Counted from the stretch's first letter, positions 47,995-56,289 are shown. The stretch: DNA of 64,000 bases from an uncultured Clostridia bacterium (GCA_948471525.1 CAOKSY010000001.1:156080-220079), one strand, 5' to 3'. Notes: a model not told the origin generated them from the letters alone. A program made the numbers and translations.

Positions 47995-49713
47995 CTACTC
48001 TTTGCTGAACTTTACTGTTGATAAGTCTTTGCCCGGCAAAATAATGGGATAGACGTTCTCTTCTTCGTCAATCATAAATTCCAGCAAAGTTGGATATTCA
48101 GTTTGTTGCATTGCAAAGGCAAAAGCCTCGTCTATTTCTTCTTTGCTTGTAACTCGCCTATATTTTACTTCATAACTATCAGCAAGTTTTTGGAAATTGG
48201 GAACGTAAGCGGGACACTCTTGCATTGTAACACATCGCGTAGGGCATGTTGCCCTACGCCTTAAACAAGTGCTTTGATATCGTTTTCCATAATACAACTC
48301 TTGCCATTGTCTTACGTTGCCGAGCCAACAGTTATTCAGCAAACAAATAATAATAGGCAAGCCGTTGATAACTGCCGTAGCAAGTTCTTGCACATTCATT
48401 TGAAAACCTCCGTCGCCCACTATGGCAACAACAGGAGTTTTTGGATTTGCCAACTTTGCGCCTATCGCAGCGGGAAGCCCAAAGCCCATAGTTCCAAAAC
48501 CGCCCGACGTCAATAATCTTCTGCTTTCGTTTAGTTTTAGAAACTGCGTAGTCCACAACTGATTTTGCCCTACATCGGTCGCTACTATAATATCGTCAAA
48601 CAAAGTATTTAATTTTTCGATAATCATTTGTGGATTGAGTTTATCGTTTGCAATCTTTACGGGATATGCCGATTTTAATTCATCCAAATCTTTTATCCAA
48701 GCAGATAATTTCAGCGGTTTGGCATTTTCCGTTAATAATGACAAAACTTTTTTAGCATCGCCCAATATCGGTATGTCCGCCAATATATTTCTGGATACAG
48801 TCGAAGGGTCTATATCAATGTGAATTATCTTCGCATGTTTAGCAAAATTCTCCTTGCTACCTGCAATTCTATCGTTAAATCTCACGCCTACAGACAGCAA
48901 CAAATCGCACTTGTCTACTGCGGTATTTGCTCCGAAACTTCCATGAATACCCACGTTGCCATAGAATAATGGGCTATCGCTTGGTATCGCTCCCTTTCCC
49001 ATAATAGTAGTTACTACCGGCATCCCTGTCAGTTCAACAAACTTGCTCAACTCCCTTTCCGCTTTTGAAATCTTTACCCCACCGCCTGCCAACAATAATG
49101 GACGCTTTGCGCTTTGTAGAGATTCAATAGCTTTATTTATTTGTTTGTTTTGTTGTTCTAAAGTCGGCAAGGTATCACGCCTCTGTATGTCGATCGGATA
49201 TTCTTCGCTTCCAAGTTGCTGCTGAATATCTTTTGGTATATCAACAAGAACTGATCCCGGCTTGCCTGATTGCGCAATCACAAAAGCCTTTCTAATTATC
49301 GCTCCCAACTCTTCTCGGTTGCGTACTGTAATCGCAAACTTTGTAACACTCTTTACCATACCAACAATGTCGGCTTCTTGAAAAGCGTCCTTGCCGATCA
49401 ATGAAGTAACGACTTGCCCTGTAAAACATACTAGCGGTACGGCATCATAATTCGCAGTCGCTATCGCCGTAACAAGATTCGTGGCTCCTGGTCCACTTGT
49501 AACTAAACACACACCAGGCTTTCCACTTGAACGCGCATAGCCGTCGGCGGCGTGCGCCAGCCCTTGCTCGTGTCTAGGCAAAATCATATTTATCGAATTG
49601 TCATTATACAATTCATCAAGCAAATCAATTATCTGCCCTCCTGGATAAGCGAATAATGTATCTACGTTTTCCTCGTTCAATGCTTTTACAAATAATTGCG
49701 CTCCTGTTATCAT
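47995..49713 (-). CDS. ilvB: Acetolactate synthase large subunit (ThDP/FAD family, IlvB-type), no small subunit adjacent
   Basis: 572 aa. GAQLFVKAL...YPGG...RHEQGLAHAADGYARSSGKPGVCLVTSGPGATNLVT, and ThDP motif GDGGFQMNVQELAT. Cys-rich insert STCLRRRATCPTRCVTMQECPAY lies near the C-terminus. Confidence 0.9.
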   Translation of the reverse strand: MITGAQLFVKALNEENVDTLFAYPGGQIIDLLDELYNDNSINMILPRHEQGLAHAADGYARSSGKPGVCLVTSGPGATNLVTAIATANYDAVPLVCFTGQVVTSLIGKDAFQEADIVGMVKSVTKFAITVRNREELGAIIRKAFVIAQSGKPGSVLVDIPKDIQQQLGSEEYPIDIQRRDTLPTLEQQNKQINKAIESLQSAKRPLLLAGGGVKISKAERELSKFVELTGMPVVTTIMGKGAIPSDSPLFYGNVGIHGSFGANTAVDKCDLLLSVGVRFNDRIAGSKENFAKHAKIIHIDIDPSTVSRNILADIPILGDAKKVLSLLTENAKPLKLSAWIKDLDELKSAYPVKIANDKLNPQMIIEKLNTLFDDIIVATDVGQNQLWTTQFLKLNESRRLLTSGGFGTMGFGLPAAIGAKLANPKTPVVAIVGDGGFQMNVQELATAVINGLPIIICLLNNCWLGNVRQWQELYYGKRYQSTCLRRRATCPTRCVTMQECPAYVPNFQKLADSYEVKYRRVTSKEEIDEAFAFAMQQTEYPTLLEFMIDEEENVYPIILPGKDLSTVKFSKE

Positions 49714-50285
49714 AACGCTATCCCTCCAATAATTGATTTGACCGTTGAATCGATATATTTCACTCGCTCTAAATCAAACAAATCATTGCCAAAGGATGCT
49801 GAAAGAAAAGTAAATCCAAAAGTCGCTGATAATATTGATGCCGCCACTGCATCGCAATCTATATCTTTTATTTTTCCTCTCTTCTTCATTTCGCACAAGT
49901 AGTCCGTCAATGAATGAAGAAATGTTTGAGGTATATCCATAATCAAAGGCGCTGTTTGCGGATAAATCTGGGGAGAACGCAAACCTATTGACAAACGAAC
50001 AAATTGAGGCGTAACTTCTTTCATATAATTTTCCATAAACATTTTCAAATCGCTTTCAATATCCCATTTTATATCTGCAAATGTTTCCGACGTGATATTA
50101 GGACGATATTGCGGCAATTCCATTCCTGCAATAACTATTTCTTTTTTCTCTTTGAACTTACGAAATATCGTGCATTCATTTATGCCCGCTCTTTCAGCAA
50201 TATCCTTTGTCGTTGCGCCAGTATATCCTCTTTCAAGAATTATTTCCATCATAGTGTCGATTATCTTTTTACTTGTCTTATCCAT
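49710..50285 (-). CDS. TetR-family regulator, translationally coupled to ilvB-like gene
   Basis: Start ATG at 50285 (MDKTSKKIIDTMMEIILERGYTGATTKDIAERAGINECTIFRKF), RBS GGAGA. The stop overlaps the ilvB start as ATGA at 49710-49713. Confidence 0.85.
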   Translation of the reverse strand: MDKTSKKIIDTMMEIILERGYTGATTKDIAERAGINECTIFRKFKEKKEIVIAGMELPQYRPNITSETFADIKWDIESDLKMFMENYMKEVTPQFVRLSIGLRSPQIYPQTAPLIMDIPQTFLHSLTDYLCEMKKRGKIKDIDCDAVAASILSATFGFTFLSASFGNDLFDLERVKYIDSTVKSIIGGIAL

Positions 50286-50296
50286 AACATTCTCCA

Positions 50297-50349
50297 AAAT
50301 GCAAGTGTTCACTTGCATTTATTGTAACAAGAATAACAAGCGTTGTCAA
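50297..50349 (-). promoter_or_regulatory. Promoter plus 24-bp palindromic operator of the TetR-ALS operon
   Basis: Minus strand TTGACA (50349-50344), 17 nt, TACAAT (50326-50321). The perfect inverted repeat aaatgcaagtg-tt-cacttgcattt (50297-50320) follows directly. Confidence 0.6.
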
Positions 50350-50504
50350 GTGCTAAAACTTAAAAATTGACAATATATTATGAAACCAGACGTTGTGATT
50401 ATATAATTTTGTAGTATAAAAAATTTATTTATGAAAAATTCGTTCAAGTACCGACTTCTGGTATGCACCCAAAAAATCCTTTTTGTGCATCTCCCACACC
50501 CCAG

Positions 50505-50551
50505 CACACGCAAAAGGAGCGTACAAATTACTCCGAAAGCGTGTGTTTTTC
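50505..50551 (+). repeat. 47-nt hairpin repeat, copy 2
   Basis: Identical to 47943-47989 except c/t in the loop. The two copies bracket the TetR-ALS cassette. Confidence 0.85.
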
Positions 50552-50884
50552 TTTGTTCTTAGGCTTTTTGCCTACTTTTTCTCTTTTTGCCTTGCCGTCT
50601 CTTCTTCTATGAGCAACTGCTCTCCGCTCCCAAATTTGCTTCTTATTGTACAAAAAGGATTTTTTTCACTTTGCCATTGAACGAAAAGGATTTTCTCTTT
50701 AATTATAATATTTATAATATTTTAATCTATAAAAAAGAGCTACAATTTTGCCGTAGCCCTGCTCTTCTCAATATTTAATTTTGAACGCTAAATTGAAATT
50801 TACTGTTGCAGAATTTGTTGAATGACAGAAAAAATAAAGTGTTAAAACCATTAAGTGGTAGATGCTTAAATCTTCCAGATATTC

Positions 50885-51418
50885 TTATGAAGCCTTATGT
50901 GGTATTTCCATAATCGTTGTTTTCAAATCAACCATAAATCCCTTACTTAAATATGTTTGAATTTCACTATTTACATTACCTATTTCAAAGCTTCTTCCTG
51001 TTCTTTCAAATTCTTTTTTTTCATTTTTTTGAATAATGTAATTGGAGTATTCCCAGCTTGAAATATCGTTTCTTGAATCTATTGCTGTGTGATAAACCAA
51101 ATAATTTGTATACCATTCTGGACGATGATATGATCCTTCTAAAATAAATATAGCTCCATCTTCATTATAGGCAGAATCGTTAGGATTGCATGCGAAGTAT
51201 AAAGCGATTTTATAATTTCTTGTAAAATCAAGACATCTTGTTTTTCGATCATAATGTTGAGCAACTGCCAATGCGATTTTTGATTTTTCATTTCCAACAT
51301 TATTAAAGATTTCTATCAATTCTTTGTCTTCTTGAGCATTTGAAGTTCTAATAAACATCCACCCGTCAAATGAAATACACCTCCTTAAGTTTTGTCTAAC
51401 TTTTGGGGTGCATTTCAA
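50885..51418 (-). CDS. FRG-domain protein (start uncertain)
   Basis: LAVAQHYDRKTRCLDFTRNYKIALYFAC matches the FRG-domain core (AQHYG.pTRlLDwT...AlyFA). The track start is TTG. A strong AAGGAGGTG lies inside the ORF 20 nt before the first ATG, so the true N-terminus is unclear. Confidence 0.6.
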   Translation of the reverse strand: MKCTPKVRQNLRRCISFDGWMFIRTSNAQEDKELIEIFNNVGNEKSKIALAVAQHYDRKTRCLDFTRNYKIALYFACNPNDSAYNEDGAIFILEGSYHRPEWYTNYLVYHTAIDSRNDISSWEYSNYIIQKNEKKEFERTGRSFEIGNVNSEIQTYLSKGFMVDLKTTIMEIPHKAS

Positions 51419-51445
51419 AAAGTGTGGCTCGATGACTGAATGCTC

Positions 51446-51967
51446 TCAGTGTGCTATATATGCTATTGCCCCAACAAGTAGCAAATTGAATATAAAATTC
51501 ATTGCAGATGTAGCAAAACCTACAGTGATTATATGATTTAAATGTATAGCCTTTTTTTCAATCTTACCTTTTTTAACATATTCGGGAAAATATTTCCGCC
51601 TATAAACAAACCAAAAGTATCCCGTAAGAATGAAGCCTGCGATTAATAATGCCATGAAAAAGATTGCTGCTATTTCTGGAACTGCTATTTCAATATCGTT
51701 CAATTTAACTGCATAAAAAATAATGATAGCAATAAGAGCGATTATTTGTTCTAATGCAACAGCACCGAGAGTATTATACGTAAAATGTAGTTTTTTATCC
51801 ATATCTGTTAATGTCTTCATCTTAACAAGATAATGAATTATTGTACTCCACAGCAACAAATAGAGTATAATTGCAGTCAAAATTAATATGGTCATTCTCG
51901 TCGTCTCCATTTTAGAAATTAACTTGTGTTCCTCCGCCTGAGATAACCATAGTTGAACCTTTTCCAA
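51446..51967 (-). CDS. Hypothetical polytopic membrane protein
   Basis: 173 aa (TTG start in the track; ATG alternative at 51910) with 4-5 hydrophobic helices. Ends 27 nt upstream of the FRG gene. AT-rich. Confidence 0.5.
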   Translation of the reverse strand: MEKVQLWLSQAEEHKLISKMETTRMTILILTAIILYLLLWSTIIHYLVKMKTLTDMDKKLHFTYNTLGAVALEQIIALIAIIIFYAVKLNDIEIAVPEIAAIFFMALLIAGFILTGYFWFVYRRKYFPEYVKKGKIEKKAIHLNHIITVGFATSAMNFIFNLLLVGAIAYIAH

Positions 51968-52287
51968 GTTTTGCCCTATAATAAATCATTTTAAAGACAT
52001 TTGGATACGATAGCGCAAAATAATTAATTATCCATCCAGTAACAGTTTTTAATATTTGAAGTACGGTTCCGCCCATAGTAAACTAATTTAATTTTAAAAT
52101 CAGATAATGATCGACCTGTATGCACATCTTCAAGAATAAACTCTGCGCATTCCCCCAAATTACCTTTTAAGCTTAATGCGATCCCCATGTCGCCTGGTTG
52201 CAATTTCACATTCTTTCTTCATATAAATAAAATATCATTTTTTAGTTAAATTGTAAAGAAAATATGCAAGGCACACAGAAATCAGAA

Positions 52288-52341
52288 GTTCAACTCTCTC
52301 ACTCTGTTGTGTCCAAGGGGTTCAAGTCCCCCACTCTATCA
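52288..52341 (+). repeat. Two degenerate tRNA 3'-end fragments (att-like remnants)
   Basis: gttcaactctctcactctg (52288-52306) and ccaaggggttcaagtcccccactctatca (52313-52341) both resemble the T-arm/acceptor 3' half of tRNA-Ser at 47768-47797. No 5' half and no CCA. Confidence 0.5.
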
Positions 52342-52407
52342 AGCGGTTAAAAAATCCTTATTGTTCCTCATAGACAGCAAGACATATGCAAGGAGTGTGC
52401 TCTATAT

Positions 52408-52430
52408 AAAAACAAACGGATGCTTGTCCG
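52408..52430 (-). terminator. Weak terminator after queF
   Basis: Minus strand CGGA-caagca-TCCG followed by TTTGTTTTTAT. The stem is short. Confidence 0.35.
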
Positions 52431-52435
52431 ATCTA

Positions 52436-52927
52436 TTATCTGTTGTCGATTTTTTCGGGGTACATATCGTGGTGTGATAGCCTATCCCAGGCTACCTGTT
52501 CCCACTTGGTCCCCTTTTTGCCGTAGTTGCAATATGGGTCTATGGAGATTCCTCCACGGGGCAGAAATTTGCCCCATACTTCAATGTATGCGGGATCCAT
52601 CAAATTAATAAGGTCGTTCATAATTATGTTCATGCAGTCTTCGTGGAAATCGCCGCGATTTCTGAATCCGAAAAGATACAGCTTTAAAGACTTACTTTCA
52701 ACCATCCTTTCGCGCGGCACATACGAAATGTATACCGTTGCAAAATCGGGCTGCCCCGTAATGGGGCAAAGGCTTGTAAATTCCGGACAGTTGAACTTTA
52801 CGAAATAGTCCCTTCCGACGTGTTTGTTTGTAAACGTTTCCAAAACGGAAGGATCGTAAGTCTGCGGATATTTAGTATTGTTGTTCCCAAGCAGGGTAAT
52901 GCCTTCATTCTGTTTTTCTCTTGACAT
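52436..52927 (-). CDS. queF: NADPH-dependent 7-cyano-7-deazaguanine reductase
   Basis: 163 aa. [23 protein letters not shown] is the QueF signature. Confidence 0.92.
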   Translation of the reverse strand: MSREKQNEGITLLGNNNTKYPQTYDPSVLETFTNKHVGRDYFVKFNCPEFTSLCPITGQPDFATVYISYVPRERMVESKSLKLYLFGFRNRGDFHEDCMNIIMNDLINLMDPAYIEVWGKFLPRGGISIDPYCNYGKKGTKWEQVAWDRLSHHDMYPEKIDNR

Positions 52928-52928
52928 A

Positions 52929-53615
52929 TTATTCTCCTTTTATTGCGGGGTCCTCTATTCCGTTGGCTTTAAATGCGGCGAGGCGATCTCGGCAGGTAGC
53001 ACATGCGCCGCAAGGCTTTAAGCCGCCCGAATAACAGCTCCAAGTATACTTATACGGAACGCCGAGTTCAAGTCCCTGTTTTACAACCTGCGATTTATTT
53101 AAATTTACAAAGGGCGCAAGAATTTTAAGCTGCCCGCCGGTGCCCGTATAAATAGCTTCGCCCATCGCTGAATTAAACTTCTCGCTGCAATCGGGATAGG
53201 CGTTGCCCGCCGCGTCATCGACGTGCGCGCCGTAATATATCACTTCGCATCCGTGCGAAAGCGCCACGCTTGCCGCCGCCGAAAGAAACAGTCCGTTCCT
53301 GAATGGGACGTAGGTTGAGACAGGTTTTCCGCCCGTTACGGAAAGCTGTTCGGCATAGCTTTGCCGAGGTATATCGTTAGGCGATTCTGCCAAGAGCGAA
53401 CAGTCCGAACCTTCGAATATGACAGAAAGATCAAGCCTCTTTAAAACAACGCCGTAAAAGTCTGCAACTTTTTGCGCAGCGTCAAGTTCCTTTCTATGCG
53501 TCTGACCGTAGTAAACGGAAAGTGCGAAAACTTCCGACGCGCCGTATTTCCGTATCGCAAGCCCGAGACAGGTTGCGCTGTCTACGCCGCCGCTTAATAA
53601 AACCAATGCTTTCAT
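52929..53615 (-). CDS. queC: 7-cyano-7-deazaguanine synthase
   Basis: Start at the ATG at 53615 ([16 protein letters not shown]...), which overlaps the folE stop as ATGA. C-terminal Zn cluster [13 protein letters not shown]. The 109-aa Arg-rich extension in the track is rejected. Confidence 0.92.
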   Translation of the reverse strand: MKALVLLSGGVDSATCLGLAIRKYGASEVFALSVYYGQTHRKELDAAQKVADFYGVVLKRLDLSVIFEGSDCSLLAESPNDIPRQSYAEQLSVTGGKPVSTYVPFRNGLFLSAAASVALSHGCEVIYYGAHVDDAAGNAYPDCSEKFNSAMGEAIYTGTGGQLKILAPFVNLNKSQVVKQGLELGVPYKYTWSCYSGGLKPCGACATCRDRLAAFKANGIEDPAIKGE

Positions 53616-54184
53616 TCCCTGTCCCCCAAAAGATTTTGCAAGGAAACGTCGTCTTTGAACGCGCCGAAGTACGTTTTGGTTACCGTTTTTGACGACACGT
53701 TTTTTATTCCTCGCGAAGTCATACAGCTGTGGCAGCCTTCTATCCTCACGCCGATGTCGGGCGATAAAGCCGCAAGCGAAATGATCTCGGCAATATCCCG
53801 CCCAAGTCGCTCCTGCAATTGCAGCCGCTTTGCCGCCATATCGCAAATACGCGCGATTTTGCTCAGTCCCAGAACTCTTCCTCGCGGAACGTACGCCACG
53901 TCGACTTTCATGTCGTACATAAGCGCCATATGATGCTCGCAATAGCTAAATACGCTTATATCCTTAATGATAACCGCTTCGCCCGAATTCGAGTCGGACG
54001 GAACTTCAAAAGTTTTTCCGAACATTTCCGCAATTTCGCTGTTTGTGTATTTTATGCCTTCAAACGCTTCTTCATACATTCGCGCTACGCGGGCAGGCGT
54101 TTCGCGCAGACCTTCCCTGTCGGGATCGTCGCCTATGGCGATCAATAATCCGCGAATATGTTTTTCTATTTCTTTAATATCCAT
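53612..54184 (-). CDS. folE: GTP cyclohydrolase I
   Basis: 190 aa. DPDREGLRETPARVARMY and SYCEHHM motifs. Confidence 0.9.
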   Translation of the reverse strand: MDIKEIEKHIRGLLIAIGDDPDREGLRETPARVARMYEEAFEGIKYTNSEIAEMFGKTFEVPSDSNSGEAVIIKDISVFSYCEHHMALMYDMKVDVAYVPRGRVLGLSKIARICDMAAKRLQLQERLGRDIAEIISLAALSPDIGVRIEGCHSCMTSRGIKNVSSKTVTKTYFGAFKDDVSLQNLLGDRE

Positions 54185-54192
54185 AATATCTC

Positions 54193-54867
54193 CTATACCC
54201 CGCGCATATCGGGCTTCCAGATCATTTTATGTAACTGTAATTGCAAGCGTACACAGTTAAGTTTACGCTCTTTCATAAACTCTACTATTTCTTCGGGCTT
54301 GATTTTTCCAAACACCGGACTGAAATAAACGCGGCACCTGTCTGTAAGTCCGTACTCGTTTATAATCTCTTCCGCACGCACTAAATCGCACACATCCCCG
54401 ACCACAAACTTGACCGCGTCCCGTAACGTAAGATGAGAAAAGTTTTCGGTCAGCATAAATTTTTCCATTCCGCTCGAAGGAAGTTTATAGTCGGCAGTAA
54501 CAGCCGGACGCGGCGAAAGTGAAACGATATCTTTTAACGGCACGCTTCCGTTGGTTTCTATCTCGACTTCTGCGCCGAACTCTCCAAGCAACACTATAAG
54601 CCGCGCAACATCCGCCTGCAAAAGCGGTTCGCCGCCTGTAAGAGTAACGTTTTTTACGCCGGTCGCTTTCACATATTCAACGAGTTCATCCGCAGTAGCA
54701 AGCCCGTATTTTACGTCGGCGGCATTTGCCCAACGCGTATCGCAGTAGCTACAGTCAAGATTGCAGCCGCAAAACCGCAAAAACACGGCAAGCTCGCCCG
54801 CGCGCGGTCCCTCGCCGTTTATGCTTACAAACTTTTCGGCAACTTTAAAACTAGACATATCACTCAC
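54193..54867 (-). CDS. queE: 7-carboxy-7-deazaguanine synthase (radical SAM)
   Basis: 224 aa. FLRFCGCNLDCSYCDT cluster motif. Confidence 0.9.
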   Translation of the reverse strand: MSDMSSFKVAEKFVSINGEGPRAGELAVFLRFCGCNLDCSYCDTRWANAADVKYGLATADELVEYVKATGVKNVTLTGGEPLLQADVARLIVLLGEFGAEVEIETNGSVPLKDIVSLSPRPAVTADYKLPSSGMEKFMLTENFSHLTLRDAVKFVVGDVCDLVRAEEIINEYGLTDRCRVYFSPVFGKIKPEEIVEFMKERKLNCVRLQLQLHKMIWKPDMRGV

Positions 54868-55279
54868 CGTACGCCGCGCAGTTTTTCGGCGACTCGTAAA
54901 CGGTCACGCAAGAAACAGGCAAGCCCTTGTTGCAAAGGTCAAAATATATGTGTGCCGCAAAGTTTTCGGCAGTGGGTCTGAAATCCGTCTCAACCAATGA
55001 AAACCCTTCTTCTTTAAGAGCGGCAACAGTCGTAGGTTTAAGAGTATTTTTTTCATAAATAAGCGTATGGTCAAAGCCTTCGGCAAGATCTCTTACTGCC
55101 TGCTTAAAATCGCCGAAGTCCAGAAGCATGCCGCGCTTTTCGCCGCTTCCTTGCAATTTGCCGCCGCTTATCTTTACTTCCACAATCCAGTGATGGCCGT
55201 GTATATTTGCGCACTTGCCGTTGTATCCGTGAAGAAAGTGCGCGCTGTCAAAACAAGCCGAAGTTTTTAAATAATACAT
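54860..55279 (-). CDS. queD: 6-carboxy-5,6,7,8-tetrahydropterin synthase
   Basis: Start at the ATG at 55279 (MYYLKTSACFDSAHFLHGYNGKCANIHGHHW), RBS GGGAGGG. Confidence 0.9.
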   Translation of the reverse strand: MYYLKTSACFDSAHFLHGYNGKCANIHGHHWIVEVKISGGKLQGSGEKRGMLLDFGDFKQAVRDLAEGFDHTLIYEKNTLKPTTVAALKEEGFSLVETDFRPTAENFAAHIYFDLCNKGLPVSCVTVYESPKNCAAYGE

Positions 55280-55294
55280 ATCCCTCCCTTTGCG

Positions 55295-55394
55295 AAAAAA
55301 ATACAGCCGCAACAAAACGACTGCACCTAAAAATACTTTTCCCATTCAGATGCCCTGGTTTTGTTTAACGACAGGATGGCGCAATCGAACTGTC
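55295..55394 (-). promoter_or_regulatory. Candidate preQ1-I-type riboswitch with terminator expression platform
   Basis: Minus strand GACAG-UUCGAUUGCGCCAUC-CUGUC-GUUAAACAAAACCAGGG: P1 stem, loop starting UUC, A-rich tail like the T. tengcongensis UUAACAAAAC. Then GCAGUCG-uuuuguu-GCGGCUG + U7. The tail AACAAAAC can pair with GUUUUGUU in the terminator. It sits in the leader of a que operon. Confidence 0.5.
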
Positions 55395-55409
55395 AGTTTA
55401 ATTGATTAT

Positions 55410-55438
55410 ATAATACTACGCCGCCACACTTATGTCAA
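55410..55438 (-). promoter_or_regulatory. Promoter of the que operon
   Basis: Minus strand TTGACA, 17 nt, TATTAT (followed by ATAAT). Confidence 0.6.
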
Positions 55439-55604
55439 CTCAATCGAGAGTCTTGCGCGCTGAGTATTTTAAAATAGCGGAAAATAGCTTGCGCTTATGC
55501 CGCGAGCAAATTAAATACTATAGTTTTTATATTATTGCAAATCTTAATCTTTTTATAATAACCTTACTATTGAGTATCACGATCGACTGCATAATTCGCC
55601 TTCA

Positions 55605-56285
55605 ATAAATATCCACCAGCCTAGCTGGTGGTTTTTCAGTTTCGGGCGTAGCCCTTTGTTACTAGCCACACGAAATCGTGTTTGTTTTGTCCGCCTCGTG
55701 CTTTTTACTGCTTGAATGGGTCAAGCAACTCCGTCATACTCATTTGCTCTACCATTTTGTCTTCTTTCAATTGGTTTGCTATGTATTCCGCTATTTTCTT
55801 TGTATTCTTTCCTACCGTATCTACATAATATCCCCTACACCAAAATTCTCTGTTGCGGTATTTGTATTTCATATTCGCCCATCTTTGGTATATCATTAGG
55901 CTACTCTTTCCTTTCAAAAATCCTACAAATCCCGCAACGCTCATTTTGGGCGGTATTTCGACCAACATATGTATATGGTCAGGACATACTTCTGCTTCTA
56001 TTATATTTATCCCTTTCCAATTACATAACTCTCTTAATATTGCCCCTATTTCTCTCTTCTTCTCTCCATAGAATACTTTTCTTCTATATTTTGGTGCAAA
56101 TACTATATGATATTTGCAATTCCAAGTTGTATGTGATAGACTGTTTGTAATAGTTTCGTTTTTCATTTTTGTGCTCCTTTTGTTTAGATTTGCCTTGGCG
56201 GACAAATCTATTATAACAAAAGGAGTGCTATTTTTTACTCATCGGTAAACCTTTTTTGAACCCCCAGACTATCTGGGGATTTTCG
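55605..56285 (-). mobile_element. IS200/IS605-family insertion sequence (tnpA only)
   Basis: A Y1 transposase gene is flanked by subterminal hairpins CCCCAGA-cta-TCTGGGG (56262-56278) and CCACCAGC-cta-GCTGGTGG (55613-55631). Element size is ~0.68 kb; the exact ends were not determined. Confidence 0.75.
55705..56166 (-). CDS. tnpA: IS200/IS605-family Y1 transposase TnpA
   Basis: 153 aa from the ATG at 56166 (RBS AAGGAG). HTTWNCKYHIVFAPKYRRK, PDHIHMLV (HUH) and catalytic-Tyr region EYIANQ. Confidence 0.9.
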   Translation of the reverse strand: MKNETITNSLSHTTWNCKYHIVFAPKYRRKVFYGEKKREIGAILRELCNWKGINIIEAEVCPDHIHMLVEIPPKMSVAGFVGFLKGKSSLMIYQRWANMKYKYRNREFWCRGYYVDTVGKNTKKIAEYIANQLKEDKMVEQMSMTELLDPFKQ

Positions 56286-56289
56286 ATAA

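Noticed and set aside
50400-50560. 44-aa + strand ORF (MKNSFKYRLLVCTQKILFVH...) running into the 47-nt hairpin repeat.
   Set aside because: It has no RBS and reads through a repeat/terminator element. It is most likely non-coding.
52024-52209. 61-aa GTG-initiated ORF (MKLQPGDMGIALSLKGNLGECAEFILEDVHTG...) as a real gene.
   Set aside because: It has no RBS and a non-ATG start, and a competing overlapping ATG frame terminates after 20 codons. It may be a gene fragment. It is mentioned only in the island finding and not listed as a feature.
52313-52341. Second tRNA gene upstream of queF.
   Set aside because: Only a T-arm/acceptor 3' half is present, with no matching 5' acceptor strand, D-arm or anticodon arm, and it ends ...ATCAAG rather than with discriminator-CCA. 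It is interpreted as an att remnant.
47798-52341. Search for an integrase, excisionase or transposase that would make the tRNA-Ser island an active element.
   Set aside because: None of the ORFs in either strand shows tyrosine/serine recombinase or DDE motifs. The island is reported as decayed and integrase-less.
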